NCBI GenBank assembly: GCA_018696595.1
Contig: JABHQW010000008.1
Location: 32,001 to 96,000 of the forward strand
Length of the DNA: 64,000 nucleotides
Reading direction: 5' to 3'
DNA from: Candidatus Woesearchaeota archaeon
GTDB lineage: Archaea > Nanobdellota > Nanobdellia > Woesearchaeales > GW2011-AR9
Shown: positions 19,688 to 29,539 of the stretch, one piece after another
How positions within the stretch are numbered: the first letter of the stretch is position 1
Layout: every line of letters starts with the position of its first letter
Translations under genes and position numbers: made by a program
Notes under the pieces: model-generated
The model's database searches: none
What the model was told of the DNA's origin: nothing
What the model saw: only the letters and a program-made list of their open reading frames with translations

Positions 19688-20830
19688 TTAACAATCCTTA
19701 TCAACACACTCGCCAGCATCTAACTTCTTGCCAACTTCACATTTGTCTTTAACAAACGCACCCAACTTCTCTTTACCAGAATCATGTTCTTTGCCATTGC
19801 CATTAACTTTTACAGTTTTATCTTTTCCAGCATTGGAAACTTTAACGCCAGCACTTAACCTGGCCTTATCGCCTAGAACAGAATCACTAACTTCACAACC
19901 CTCTTCCAAATCGCAGCCAGCACCAACAATAGTATTTTTTAATTTAACATTGTCACCGATTCTAGAACCATCACCAATAGCAGTGAAACCTTCCAAAATA
20001 CAATTTTCACCGATTAAACATCCTCTGCCAATAACAATATTTCCTTTCAATACACAACCATCTTCTATAATTGATCCTTCACCAATGTCAACAGAACCTT
20101 CAATAATAACGTCTTTTCCTAACTTACCTTTAATTGAGATTTCATCTTTTTCATTCAATAATTTTTCAGTTGCATCTAAAACATGCCAAGGATATCCGAC
20201 AGGGATCCAATAACCTTTAACTTCTTCTGCATGCATTTTTCCTTGCTTAGCCAAAACTTTAACCGCATCCGTCAATTCATATTCACCCCGAATGGAAGGT
20301 TCTAACCCCTGTAAGATTGCAAAAACTTCTGGACTAAAACAATACATTCCTGCATTTACGTAATTAGAAACAAACTCTTTAGATTTCTCAACAATATCTT
20401 TAACTTTTCCATTCTCAATAACTACTGCCCCGAAAGCAGATGCATCTCTTTTATATTTTATTAAGATACAGTTTTCATATTTAGAAATATTCCCCATATC
20501 TTTACGGGAGAATAAATCATCCCCATTCAGAACTAAAAACTTTTCATTAACAAATTCTTTAGCCATTAGAACAGCGTGGCCAGTTCCTAATTGTTCTTCT
20601 TGAACAACATAAGTTATCTTGATTCCTTTGTAATTATTACCAAACCGATTAATGATCATGTCTTTCTTGTAACCAACAATAATAACCACTTCTTCTACTA
20701 ACCCTAACATTTGTTCAAGGTTGTGTTCCAAAACCGGTTTGTTAGCAACCTCAATTAATGGTTTAGGTTTATCAACTGCTAATGGATACATTCTTGTTCC
20801 TTTTCCGGCCGCTAATATTACTGCTTGCAT
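19688..20830 (-). CDS. GlmU-like sugar-phosphate nucleotidyltransferase with left-handed beta-helix
   Basis: QAVILAAGKGTRMYPL..PKPL, EQLGTGHA, RGEYELTDA, hexapeptide repeats. Confidence 0.88.
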   Translation of the reverse strand: MQAVILAAGKGTRMYPLAVDKPKPLIEVANKPVLEHNLEQMLGLVEEVVIIVGYKKDMIINRFGNNYKGIKITYVVQEEQLGTGHAVLMAKEFVNEKFLVLNGDDLFSRKDMGNISKYENCILIKYKRDASAFGAVVIENGKVKDIVEKSKEFVSNYVNAGMYCFSPEVFAILQGLEPSIRGEYELTDAVKVLAKQGKMHAEEVKGYWIPVGYPWHVLDATEKLLNEKDEISIKGKLGKDVIIEGSVDIGEGSIIEDGCVLKGNIVIGRGCLIGENCILEGFTAIGDGSRIGDNVKLKNTIVGAGCDLEEGCEVSDSVLGDKARLSAGVKVSNAGKDKTVKVNGNGKEHDSGKEKLGAFVKDKCEVGKKLDAGECVDKDC

Positions 20831-21297
20831 TTTAAGACTTCATTCAATTCTGTAAATTCTTCAATTTTGTGATCTGGAACTTCAAAATCATCTTTTGCTT
20901 TTAAAGTTTTATATTTTCCTTGATTTAGTAAGACAGTTTTAAGTCCCAATTCTTTCCCATAACGGATTTCTGAAGTTATTTTATTGCCAACAACTAAAAA
21001 ATGATAAGAAGGATATTTCTGCATTATCTTTCTAAAACAATTAATTTTGTTTTTATCTTCTAAAGGATAAAAGATTTCATCAAAAAAGTTTTTGATTCCT
21101 AAAATATTAATCTTCTCTTCTTGAATCTCTTTATTTCCTTTGGTAACTAAAATTTTCTTAGAATCGTCATTGATTAAAAATTCTCTCACTCCCAGAAATG
21201 GTTTTATTTCATTAAGATTAGAATAATCTGGTTTCACAACATTAGAACATAAATAGAGGGTATCATCAAGATCAAAAATGATTAACCTAGATTTCAT
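20818..21297 (-). CDS. HAD-family hydrolase
   Basis: IIFDLDDTL; VVGNKITSEI; overlaps both neighbours. Confidence 0.8.
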   Translation of the reverse strand: MKSRLIIFDLDDTLYLCSNVVKPDYSNLNEIKPFLGVREFLINDDSKKILVTKGNKEIQEEKINILGIKNFFDEIFYPLEDKNKINCFRKIMQKYPSYHFLVVGNKITSEIRYGKELGLKTVLLNQGKYKTLKAKDDFEVPDHKIEEFTELNEVLKCKQ

Positions 21298-22255
21298 GGA
21301 TAATCCCCATCAGAATTTGAGTTAGCTTCTTACGATCATGTCGAATAAGATTCCTAGCCATTAAGTCAACTTTATCTGCTTGTTTCAGTTTACTGCTTAA
21401 CAAATCTGCAACAATAACTCTTTCCTCTTCCATTAAATCGTTTTCAATTAGTTCCCCTTCTTTAGCATAAACCTCCACTAATTCTTGAGGGGGTTTACCA
21501 TCATTAACAACAATGAAATCAAAAACATCTTTACCTAAATAACGTCTAATTTCTTTAAGATACCCATTAGTTGTAAAACCGGTAGTTTGACCTTTACGGT
21601 TCATTAGATTTACTACAAAAACTTTTTCAGCCTTAGTTTCTCTTAAAGCTTTACTTACCCCTTCAACTAATAGAAGAGGAATTAAACTGCTATATAGGCC
21701 ACCGGGCCCGAGAACAATTAAATCAGCATTCATGATTGCATCAATTGCTCGTTGGTTAACTTTAGGAATTGGTTCTAAAAAAATACTTCTAAAACCTTGA
21801 TCAATTTCTTCAGACAAATAAATTTCTCCTTCACCATTGAGAATCTTATTGTTATCTAGAATCATTTTCAAACGAACTTCGTTTGTAGTTATCGGAAGGA
21901 CCTTTCCTTTAATATTCATTATTCGGCTTACTTCTTCAACCGAAGTTTCAAAACTGCCAGTAACTTTCTCTAATGCAGATAATAAAAGGTTACCAAAACT
22001 GTGGCCTTGTAAACAACCATTGTCAAAACGATAATTCATTAAATTTCTCATTAACTTACTAGAATCTGATAAAGCTACTAAACATTGTCTCACATCTCCC
22101 GGAGGAAGAACACCTAACTCATCTCTTAAAACTCCTGTTGAACCACCATCATCAGCCATTGAGACTACTGCAGTTAAATCTAAAGGATATTTCTTTAAAC
22201 CTCTGAGAACGGTAAAATTACCTGTACCGCCACCTAAAGTCACTACCTTTTTCAT
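21287..22255 (-). CDS. yvcK: YvcK/GlmR (UPF0052) family uridine-diphosphate-sugar-binding protein
   Basis: TLGGGTG, ADDGGSTGVLRDELGVLPPGDVRQCL, GHSFGNLLL, LGPGGLYSS, IRHD. Confidence 0.88.
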   Translation of the reverse strand: MKKVVTLGGGTGNFTVLRGLKKYPLDLTAVVSMADDGGSTGVLRDELGVLPPGDVRQCLVALSDSSKLMRNLMNYRFDNGCLQGHSFGNLLLSALEKVTGSFETSVEEVSRIMNIKGKVLPITTNEVRLKMILDNNKILNGEGEIYLSEEIDQGFRSIFLEPIPKVNQRAIDAIMNADLIVLGPGGLYSSLIPLLLVEGVSKALRETKAEKVFVVNLMNRKGQTTGFTTNGYLKEIRRYLGKDVFDFIVVNDGKPPQELVEVYAKEGELIENDLMEEERVIVADLLSSKLKQADKVDLMARNLIRHDRKKLTQILMGIIHEI

Positions 22256-22316
22256 AGTGTTTTTAGAGAGATTTAGTTTTTAAAAGTTGTGAAAAAGAAG
22301 CAATCATTAAAAAGAA

Positions 22317-23090
22317 TTATTCTTTCCTGATTCTTACCATCATAGCATAATCATAAGTGTCAAGAAGGATAAAAGAAAAGTTTTCTTTTTTGACAAAACT
22401 GAGATAATCATAAACTCTTTGTTTAGTGAATCTTTGAGACCACCATCCTTCTTTAGTTGCTGTGAAACAATCTCTTTCATCAGTTATAACTGTCCAACCA
22501 AAATTCCTATAAGAATCTTCTTGCTTTTTTCTAGTTTCTTCATTGTCAATATACATTGAACCAATTACTAATTCCCCATTTGGTTTTAACATCCCATAAG
22601 CTTGTTTAATAATTGTTATGATTTTATCATTTGTAGACAGATCTAGTCCTGGTTTGAATTTTTCTAAATCAAAATTTGAAGGATAAAAAGTTCCTATAGT
22701 AAACCAAGTAGAAATTATTAGATCATATTTTTGATTTAAAGAGTCTAACTTTGTTGCATCCAATAATTGAACATTAGATTTATCCCCAATGTCTAAATCT
22801 GCGATAACTTTCTGAGAAAGATTAATACAATTTTGGGCAATATCAATTCCTTCATAATGTTCAATAGCATTCCAGATTTCTTTTATTCCAACAAGATGTT
22901 TTAATATTCTTGCATCACCAATACCAATATCTAAAACCCTTAGCGGCGATCCCTTCTTTTGATAAAGTTCAGTAATTGCCTTTTTTAATTCAATAAGTTC
23001 GGCCCATTGTGCTTGTAATAAATATTCAGTAAGGTTATTCTCATTAAAAGTGTCCTTTACGTGTTGAGGTTTGTCATACATTTCTTCCAT
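22317..23090 (-). CDS. Class I SAM-dependent methyltransferase
   Basis: VLDIGIGDA motif I, EGIDIA, YDLII, LKPNG; TATA at 23113-23120, 22 nt before the ATG. Confidence 0.8.
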   Translation of the reverse strand: MEEMYDKPQHVKDTFNENNLTEYLLQAQWAELIELKKAITELYQKKGSPLRVLDIGIGDARILKHLVGIKEIWNAIEHYEGIDIAQNCINLSQKVIADLDIGDKSNVQLLDATKLDSLNQKYDLIISTWFTIGTFYPSNFDLEKFKPGLDLSTNDKIITIIKQAYGMLKPNGELVIGSMYIDNEETRKKQEDSYRNFGWTVITDERDCFTATKEGWWSQRFTKQRVYDYLSFVKKENFSFILLDTYDYAMMVRIRKE

Positions 23091-23138
23091 AAGAACAAAA
23101 AAATAAGGTTAATATATAAATTTTCAGGTATAAAAATT

Positions 23139-23167
23139 AAAAAAAGAAAAAAAGAAAAAAAATAAAG
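23139..23167 (-). terminator. Oligo-T terminator after rps2
   Basis: Minus strand CTTTATTTTTTTCTTTTTTTCTTTTTT directly after the stop. Confidence 0.6.
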
Positions 23168-23171
23168 AACT

Positions 23172-23777
23172 TTATTCTTCAGTAAAGTCTTCGATACTTG
23201 CAGACATTTCTTCATTACCAGCTAACATACCTTTCTTTTGCATGTATTCTCTAGCAATCAAGTAAAAGATTAAACCAATAGATTTCTTACCTTTATTGTT
23301 ACAAGGAATTACTAAATCTAATTTGTTAGACTGGTTGTTTGTATCACATAAAGCAATTACAGGCACACCAATCTTGAAAGCATCTTCAACAGCATTTTTG
23401 TCTGGCCACGGGTCACAAACAAAAACAACTTGTGGTTCTGTAAAAGTTTCCAAGTTAGGGTTTGTCATAATTCCTGGCGGATATCTTCCAGGTAAAACTT
23501 TGATTCCAGTTAATTCTCCCAATTTCTTAAGAGCTTTCCAACCATTTTCCCTTCTACAAGTTATTAAGATTTGTTCTGGTTCGTATTGTGCTAAAAAGTT
23601 AGCAGCAATAGCAACTCGTTCATCAATCTGTTTTAAGTTTAAAACAGATAAACCGTCTGGCCTAGTTTTGTAAATAAATTTAGCCATGTACTTGGTTTTA
23701 AATTTAGTTCCAATATGAATTCCTGATTTCAGGTATTCTTTGGATTCTATTAGTAAATTTTCTTGTTCTTCTCCCAT
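23172..23777 (-). CDS. rps2: 30S ribosomal protein S2 (uS2)
   Basis: GIHIGTKFK, TRPDGLSVL, GRYPPGIMTNP, PVIALCDTNN, IPCNNKGKKS. Confidence 0.97.
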   Translation of the reverse strand: MGEEQENLLIESKEYLKSGIHIGTKFKTKYMAKFIYKTRPDGLSVLNLKQIDERVAIAANFLAQYEPEQILITCRRENGWKALKKLGELTGIKVLPGRYPPGIMTNPNLETFTEPQVVFVCDPWPDKNAVEDAFKIGVPVIALCDTNNQSNKLDLVIPCNNKGKKSIGLIFYLIAREYMQKKGMLAGNEEMSASIEDFTEE

Positions 23778-23790
23778 TTTAATTTTCCTC

Positions 23791-24063
23791 CTATTTCAGT
23801 AATGATTCTTTTGTACTTTTTTCTTTACTCTTATCCCAAACATTTTCAAACTCTTCTTTACTGATTTCAATGTAAGTGGGTTTTGGGGGTTCTTCACCAA
23901 ATAAACTGTGGTCTGAAGAAGAACAAGCTTGAAAAAAATCTTTTGCAGACCCTTTAGTTGAATCTCCATTTTCTTCTTGACAAACTACTCTCCCCATATT
24001 TCCTTCTGACAAAATCTCTTCAAAATAAACTTTATCATTAACTGTTTCTTTAATATATTTCAT
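23791..24063 (-). CDS. Hypothetical protein (90 aa), first gene of putative rps2 transcript
   Basis: ATG ORF; its stop overlaps the GGAGG SD of rps2. Confidence 0.55.
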   Translation of the reverse strand: MKYIKETVNDKVYFEEILSEGNMGRVVCQEENGDSTKGSAKDFFQACSSSDHSLFGEEPPKPTYIEISKEEFENVWDKSKEKSTKESLLK

Positions 24064-24067
24064 TTTT

Positions 24068-24158
24068 CAGATAACAAATAAGAACTAAATCTTATCTGCG
24101 TATTTCTTTTGCCTCACGCAGCTATGCTTCACCCTACAACAGGTAAGCGTCGGCTATG
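24068..24158 (-). ncRNA. Candidate structured 5' leader RNA
   Basis: GC-rich island in AT-rich spacer; inverted repeats CTGCGT/ACGCAG (24096-24121), GCTT-ACC/GGT-AAGC (24126-24148), CAGATAA/TTATCTG (24068-24098); TATA at 24179-24186 places the TSS near 24156. Confidence 0.45.
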
Positions 24159-24238
24159 TTGTTTATTTTAGAGAGGGGTTTATAAATGTTTCTAGAATTT
24201 ACTATTAGATTCTAAAACCACAGAAAAATCTTCATTTT

Positions 24239-25006
24239 TTAACAGCTTCTTATAAGTTCTAAAAGATTCTCTTGATCAAGTACTGTTGCACCAAGCCTTG
24301 CTGCTGCTTCTTGTTGTTTCTCGGTGTTATAACCCCATGGGGCCATTACAAGATTAACCCCCAGGTCATGTAATCTAATAACTTCAGGTAGACTGTCCTC
24401 AATCATCGTTATATCTTCCAAACCCACACCTTCTCTTTCTGCAATCTCTCTCAAATGATCAGCTTTTTTCTTACCATGTGTTGCTTTTGTAAAAATATTT
24501 TCTTCATTGATATCGAAACCCAACATCTTCAATCTTTTTTGTGCCATTTGGTTTGAAGAAGAAACATACACTGGACCATTTTCCTTTGCAGCATTAATAA
24601 TATTACGAATACCTATGTAAACAATTAATAAATTAATTATTTCTTGTGAGTGTTCATATGGTAAACAGCTACGCACATCAGTAAAAGCTAAACAGAACTG
24701 ATTATATTCACTATCACCTACTTTGTCCCTATACTTAGCCACTTCAGTCTCAAATTGTTCTCTACTCTCGACGTTCGGAGATGTTTCTCTAAAATGAGCA
24801 CATATTGCTAAAAATTCATGGCCATGAACTAAGAAAGGTCTGTATTGATTAATAGCTTTTTCAAATCCAGGATAAGCCAGTTCAGTAGCTTCCAATGATA
24901 AAATTCTATTACTTGGTTCAGTTCCACGAAGAGCATTAACAGCTTCAATACCCCCCAATATTGCTGAATTGGTTAATACTCCATCCATATCAAATACAGA
25001 TATCAT
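24239..25006 (-). CDS. HAD-family phosphatase
   Basis: VFDMDGVL motif I, MIEDSLPEV motif IV; AGGAGGT SD, coupled to the carbamoyltransferase. Confidence 0.8.
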   Translation of the reverse strand: MISVFDMDGVLTNSAILGGIEAVNALRGTEPSNRILSLEATELAYPGFEKAINQYRPFLVHGHEFLAICAHFRETSPNVESREQFETEVAKYRDKVGDSEYNQFCLAFTDVRSCLPYEHSQEIINLLIVYIGIRNIINAAKENGPVYVSSSNQMAQKRLKMLGFDINEENIFTKATHGKKKADHLREIAEREGVGLEDITMIEDSLPEVIRLHDLGVNLVMAPWGYNTEKQQEAAARLGATVLDQENLLELIRSC

Positions 25007-25008
25007 GA

Positions 25009-26730
25009 TTAACCTCCTTTTTTTGTAACTAAAAATTCTCCTATCGCCAGGTACTTAACATCTTCTGACTCAAGAAAAGCATGGATAGCTTGTTGAGAAT
25101 TATTTACAATCGGCAAACCTTTAATATTGAGTGATGTATTTATGAAAAGTGGAATTCCACTTATCTTTGAATACTCTTCTAATAAAGAATAATAAATATC
25201 ATCAGATTCTTCATTAACAGTGTGAACACGAACACTTCCATCAACATGCTGAGCAACTGGAACTATACTTTTAAATTTAGGTTTTATTGAATCAACTAAT
25301 AACATATAGGGAGACTTAGTTCCCCTCACAAGCCACTTCTTAGCTTCAGTTTCAAGAATAGTAATGGCAAATGGACGGAATTGTTCTCTTTGCTTAATAT
25401 TATTTAGTTTCTCTTGCATATTCTTATCTACGGCAGATGCCAGAATGCTTCTTGACCCTAAAGCCCGTGGACCAAATTCTAACCTTCCTTGAAACCACAT
25501 AACAACTTCTCCTTTGTGCAATAATTTCGCTACTGTTTTATGAATTGCTTTGTCTTTAGAAAATTCTAGTTCATATTTTTTCAAAACATCTTCAATCTCT
25601 CTCAATGAATATTCGGGACCAAGAGATGCATTTTTCATTGGTTCTGGTTTAACACCTTTATTAGATTCTTGTTGTAATAGATATGCAGCTCCGATAGCTA
25701 CACCTGCGTCATGTGATGCAGGTTGTATAAAAACTTCTTTAAATGGAGTTTTTTCCAATATAAATCCGTTAGTTACAGAATTCAAACAAACTCCGCCAGC
25801 CATTACTAATTTTGTTTTTCTCGTCTTTTTATGAATGTTATTAAGTTTTCCAAGTATGATCTCTTCAGTATACTTTTGCCATGTAGCAGCCACGTCACAA
25901 TGGACCTGCAGATATTTTCCTGATTTAGCAGAAAGTGCACCAATCAGTTTCTCAAATTTTTCTTTAACTTGGCCTTTACAATCAGCTATTTTAAAGTAAT
26001 CTTTATCTATGCTCAACCAATCTTTACCTTTTTCAGGGAAAAATTTAATCATTTTCTTAAATTCCTTCATGTATTTCGGCTTTCCTAATGCTGCTAAACC
26101 CATTGTAACACCAGCTCTTTGCCATCCGGGAACAAAACCACAGTATTCACTGATTGCTCCCCAAATACAACCTAATGAGTTGGGGTGGCATATTGATCCT
26201 TTTACTTGTATTCCACTGTAATAATCAACCTTACCCCATAAACTACTCTTGTATTCACCTCTTGCATCAATTGTTAAGAATGCAGCATCATTAAATCCAG
26301 AAGCATAAAATGCTGAAGCAGCATGTGCTTTGTGGTGAGAAAAGAACTTTATTTTCAGGTTTGTAGGAAGTTTTCCAATATTTCTTTCAAAAACTTTCCT
26401 TATCCCTAATAATCTCAATAACTTTTTTATGGTCTTAGCAAAAACATAGTAGGGAGGGCGAAACTGAAACATGTACTCCTTTATCACCCTATCAAAAAAT
26501 AGTTCTTTTGGATTCCAACCTACTGCTATACCTTTCAAATTTTTAGGTAATATTCCTGCTTCTTTCAAACAGAACTTAATGGCATTTTTTGGAAAAAGAG
26601 AGTAGTGTTTTATTTGTCTAAAGCGTTCTTCTTCAGCCGCTGCTATAATATTGCCTTGTTCATCCATGAGACAAGCACTGCTGTCATGCGAATAAGCATT
26701 TAATCCTAAATAATAATGTTTATTTTTCAT
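25009..26730 (-). CDS. O-carbamoyltransferase (NodU/CmcH/TobZ family)
   Basis: SHDSSACL, AEEERFRQIKH, HHKAHAASAFY, FQGRLEFGPRALGSRS, REQFRPFA, HVDGSVR, NTSLN. Confidence 0.93.
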   Translation of the reverse strand: MKNKHYYLGLNAYSHDSSACLMDEQGNIIAAAEEERFRQIKHYSLFPKNAIKFCLKEAGILPKNLKGIAVGWNPKELFFDRVIKEYMFQFRPPYYVFAKTIKKLLRLLGIRKVFERNIGKLPTNLKIKFFSHHKAHAASAFYASGFNDAAFLTIDARGEYKSSLWGKVDYYSGIQVKGSICHPNSLGCIWGAISEYCGFVPGWQRAGVTMGLAALGKPKYMKEFKKMIKFFPEKGKDWLSIDKDYFKIADCKGQVKEKFEKLIGALSAKSGKYLQVHCDVAATWQKYTEEIILGKLNNIHKKTRKTKLVMAGGVCLNSVTNGFILEKTPFKEVFIQPASHDAGVAIGAAYLLQQESNKGVKPEPMKNASLGPEYSLREIEDVLKKYELEFSKDKAIHKTVAKLLHKGEVVMWFQGRLEFGPRALGSRSILASAVDKNMQEKLNNIKQREQFRPFAITILETEAKKWLVRGTKSPYMLLVDSIKPKFKSIVPVAQHVDGSVRVHTVNEESDDIYYSLLEEYSKISGIPLFINTSLNIKGLPIVNNSQQAIHAFLESEDVKYLAIGEFLVTKKGG

Positions 26731-26846
26731 TTTAATTCTCTTTATTACTTGATAGTGATTATTACTCTAATAGGCATATTAAATTATTCCTTGTTTTTCT
26801 TAATTAACCACAAGATTTAAATAAGGTTTCTGTGTTATATGAGAAT

Positions 26847-27845
26847 ATGAACTTAAATGCTAAAGACAAAAAAATACTAGCAGAATTAGATTTAAATGCC
26901 AGAGCCCCATTTCAGGAGCTAGGAAAAAAAACAAGATTATCAAAGGAAACAGTTATTTATAGAATTAAAAATCTTGAAAAAAAAGGAATTATACAAAGAT
27001 ATACAACATTAGTGAATTGGGGGAAATTAGGATATACCGGATTTGGAGTTTACAATCGGTTTCAAAATGTTAATGAGAGTTTGAAAAAAGAGATAATTGA
27101 ATATCTAAGCAAAATCCCTGAACTTTATTGGATAGCCACAATTGGAGGGAAATTTGATATAGTCTTTGGAGTTATAGCAAAAAGTGTCTATGAATTTAAC
27201 ACTATCCATTACCAGATTCTTGCAAAGTACGGAAATCATCTTGTTGACAATAGTGTAACCATAAGAACAGAGTTAAGACAAAACAAAAGAGATTACTTAA
27301 CAGGAAATAAACCCAAATTATTCAAACCTCCTTACTTTGGAAAGAAACCAGAGATTGAAGAACTTGATGAGTTAGATTCTATAGTCTTATCATTAATGTC
27401 AAATAATGCTCGTATGAGCATAATAAAACTTGCCCAGATTATTAAAAAACCAGCTAGTACTATCGCTTTGAGAATTAAGAATTTAGAAAAAAGAGGCATA
27501 ATACAAGCATACACTACTTACATAAAATCGCAAAATTATGGCATGCAAAGTTATCGGTTATTGTTTAACTTGCAAAATATGGAAGAAAAAGTAAGAAGCA
27601 GTCTTTTCTCTTATGCATATTCAAATCCAAAGATGGTTTTAGCAATAGAAACTGTAGGGAAATGGAACTTTGAAATCACTATAGAAGTTGAATCGCAGGA
27701 GGAATTACAAAAAGAAATCTCAAAGTTAAGAAGAGAATTTAGTGACATTATAAAAAATGTAGAATTCATAGTTATGTTTGAAAACGATTTAATTTATGAC
27801 CCTTATCCTCTTAAAAAAGTAGAAAGAGAGAAACTACTAAAATAA
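26847..27845 (+). CDS. Double Lrp/AsnC transcription regulator
   Basis: Two HTH+RAM units (DKKILAELDLNAR..; LDSIVLSLMSNNAR..); start set at ATG 23 nt after TTTAAATA. Confidence 0.88.
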   Translation: MNLNAKDKKILAELDLNARAPFQELGKKTRLSKETVIYRIKNLEKKGIIQRYTTLVNWGKLGYTGFGVYNRFQNVNESLKKEIIEYLSKIPELYWIATIGGKFDIVFGVIAKSVYEFNTIHYQILAKYGNHLVDNSVTIRTELRQNKRDYLTGNKPKLFKPPYFGKKPEIEELDELDSIVLSLMSNNARMSIIKLAQIIKKPASTIALRIKNLEKRGIIQAYTTYIKSQNYGMQSYRLLFNLQNMEEKVRSSLFSYAYSNPKMVLAIETVGKWNFEITIEVESQEELQKEISKLRREFSDIIKNVEFIVMFENDLIYDPYPLKKVEREKLLK

Positions 27846-27860
27846 TATCTTTAGTATAAA

Positions 27861-28532
27861 CTAAACACCTTCAATACCTTCGCCAATAATCTTGAACTTG
27901 AACTCAAGACCTTCAGGAAGTGAACGATGTTTCCGCAATATTAAACCACGGCAGTTAGAAAAGCTTCTCAATTCAATTAAACATTTCGAACCATACTTCA
28001 ACAAATCGCCACCAACCATCTTAACTTGATCTCTGTTATCGAAATCAGAATAAACTTGATTTGTTATCAACACAGGAATTTTCTTACGCCGAGCAATCTC
28101 AACCAAATAAGCAATCTGCCGACCCAAAGAAGCATTGACATCATAAACTTCAGTTGACCGACCCAATTCCAAACGATACAACATAGAAATAGAATCAACT
28201 ACAATCATGCCAATGGTTTCGTTAATCATGCCCCGAAGAGTTTCAAAAATCTCGTTCTGTTCAATAAAGTTAACTGGATTAAAGAAAACAATATTCTTCA
28301 ACACAGAATCATAATTTTTAGTTAACTGCTTAATTCTTTCCACACAGATACCACCTTCAGTATCAATAAATATTACCTTTTTGCCAGACTCCACTACTTT
28401 AACAGCAGAAACTAAACAAAGATTAGTTTTCCCAGTTCCAGAAGGCCCATAAATGGTTGTGATTATATCTGTATCGTAACCACCTGAAAGCAATTTGTCC
28501 AGTACTGAAGACCCAGTAGAAACTTTGTTCAT
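27861..28532 (-). CDS. radB: DNA repair protein RadB
   Basis: VSTGSSVLDKLLSGG, YGPSGTGKT, IDTEGG, VVDSIS, LRKHRS; start moved to ATG 28532. Confidence 0.93.
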   Translation of the reverse strand: MNKVSTGSSVLDKLLSGGYDTDIITTIYGPSGTGKTNLCLVSAVKVVESGKKVIFIDTEGGICVERIKQLTKNYDSVLKNIVFFNPVNFIEQNEIFETLRGMINETIGMIVVDSISMLYRLELGRSTEVYDVNASLGRQIAYLVEIARRKKIPVLITNQVYSDFDNRDQVKMVGGDLLKYGSKCLIELRSFSNCRGLILRKHRSLPEGLEFKFKIIGEGIEGV

Positions 28533-28573
28533 GAGAAATAACCAGATTCTCCAAGTTATAAAGATTTCTAGTT

Positions 28574-29539
28574 TCAACTATAATTGACTGGTTCTTTTCC
28601 AATTTGCATAATCTCTTCTTCTAATGGTCCAAAAACTTTGTCTAAGACAGGTTCAAGTAATTTTTCGTAAGCATCTTCAATTAAAAACTCTGGTGGTACT
28701 GGCAATTCTAGAGGCCCCAATTTCTTGATAAATTTTTTACGATATACCTCCAATCGCTGACTTGAAGTTAATGGATAATAAGAAAAAGCTGCTTCAATTC
28801 CCCAACAAACTTGATTCAGGTTACATTTCTCTTTTCGTTGTTTTCTTGTTATCTTTAATGGAAATAAACTAAATCCCCCCAATCTTTCTCCCTCCTGCTG
28901 AATTGATTTTCTTAATACTGCATTCCCTGTTATGTTTAAATAATTCGCAAAAGAAGATACATCTAATTCTTTAAACCAACCCTCATAAACTATTCCTTTC
29001 TCTTCTAAATCCTTAAAAATAACCTTATTGCTTAATTCTCTTGGCAAATCTATTCTTAAAACAGAATCCTGATAATAAACAAATTGTGTAGGGTCCGCAC
29101 CCACAAAATTAATTTTCACTTTCTCTCGAAGATTATTAGACATCCTTTCAGCAACAACCATAAGATCGTCAATTTTAGATTTTTCATAAACTTCTATATG
29201 TAAATCCCATCCATATATACGATGAGGATAATGAGTATTACTACTCTTTGCAATGATTGGTTCTGTAACAATCCTAGCGACCGTTTTCTTTTTCCAGGGA
29301 GGTAATCCTTCTGTCTCTTTCTCTTCAATCAGATGATCTTTCAGAATATCCCACGAAGCAGTTGAACCCAATAAACTTACAATGCCACTAGTCTTTTGAA
29401 TATAAAAATGACTCAGTCCCACTTTGTTCAATTCATTTTCAAAAACAGAATCATATTCTTCAACACAAATCTCTTCAAGTCTACCAACCATTATCCAACT
29501 AGGACCAAACCCAAATTCTATTTGATATTCTTCAACCAT
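28574..29539 (-). CDS. Hypothetical protein (321 aa)
   Basis: Long ATG ORF; no family recognised. Confidence 0.7.
   Translation of the reverse strand: MVEEYQIEFGFGPSWIMVGRLEEICVEEYDSVFENELNKVGLSHFYIQKTSGIVSLLGSTASWDILKDHLIEEKETEGLPPWKKKTVARIVTEPIIAKSSNTHYPHRIYGWDLHIEVYEKSKIDDLMVVAERMSNNLREKVKINFVGADPTQFVYYQDSVLRIDLPRELSNKVIFKDLEEKGIVYEGWFKELDVSSFANYLNITGNAVLRKSIQQEGERLGGFSLFPLKITRKQRKEKCNLNQVCWGIEAAFSYYPLTSSQRLEVYRKKFIKKLGPLELPVPPEFLIEDAYEKLLEPVLDKVFGPLEEEIMQIGKEPVNYS

Noticed and set aside
21287-22255. CofD (F420 biosynthesis)
   Set aside because: Motifs match YvcK (DDGGS..LPPGD..GHSFGN) and no cof genes are nearby.
24096-24122. Hammerhead-like string CTGCGTGAG..GAAA on the minus strand
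   Set aside because: The core should be CUGANGA; the conserved A is missing and no stem II/III can be formed.
24064-24238. tRNA or split-tRNA half in the GC-rich spacer
   Set aside because: No T-arm GTTCRA, D-arm or acceptor-stem pattern found.
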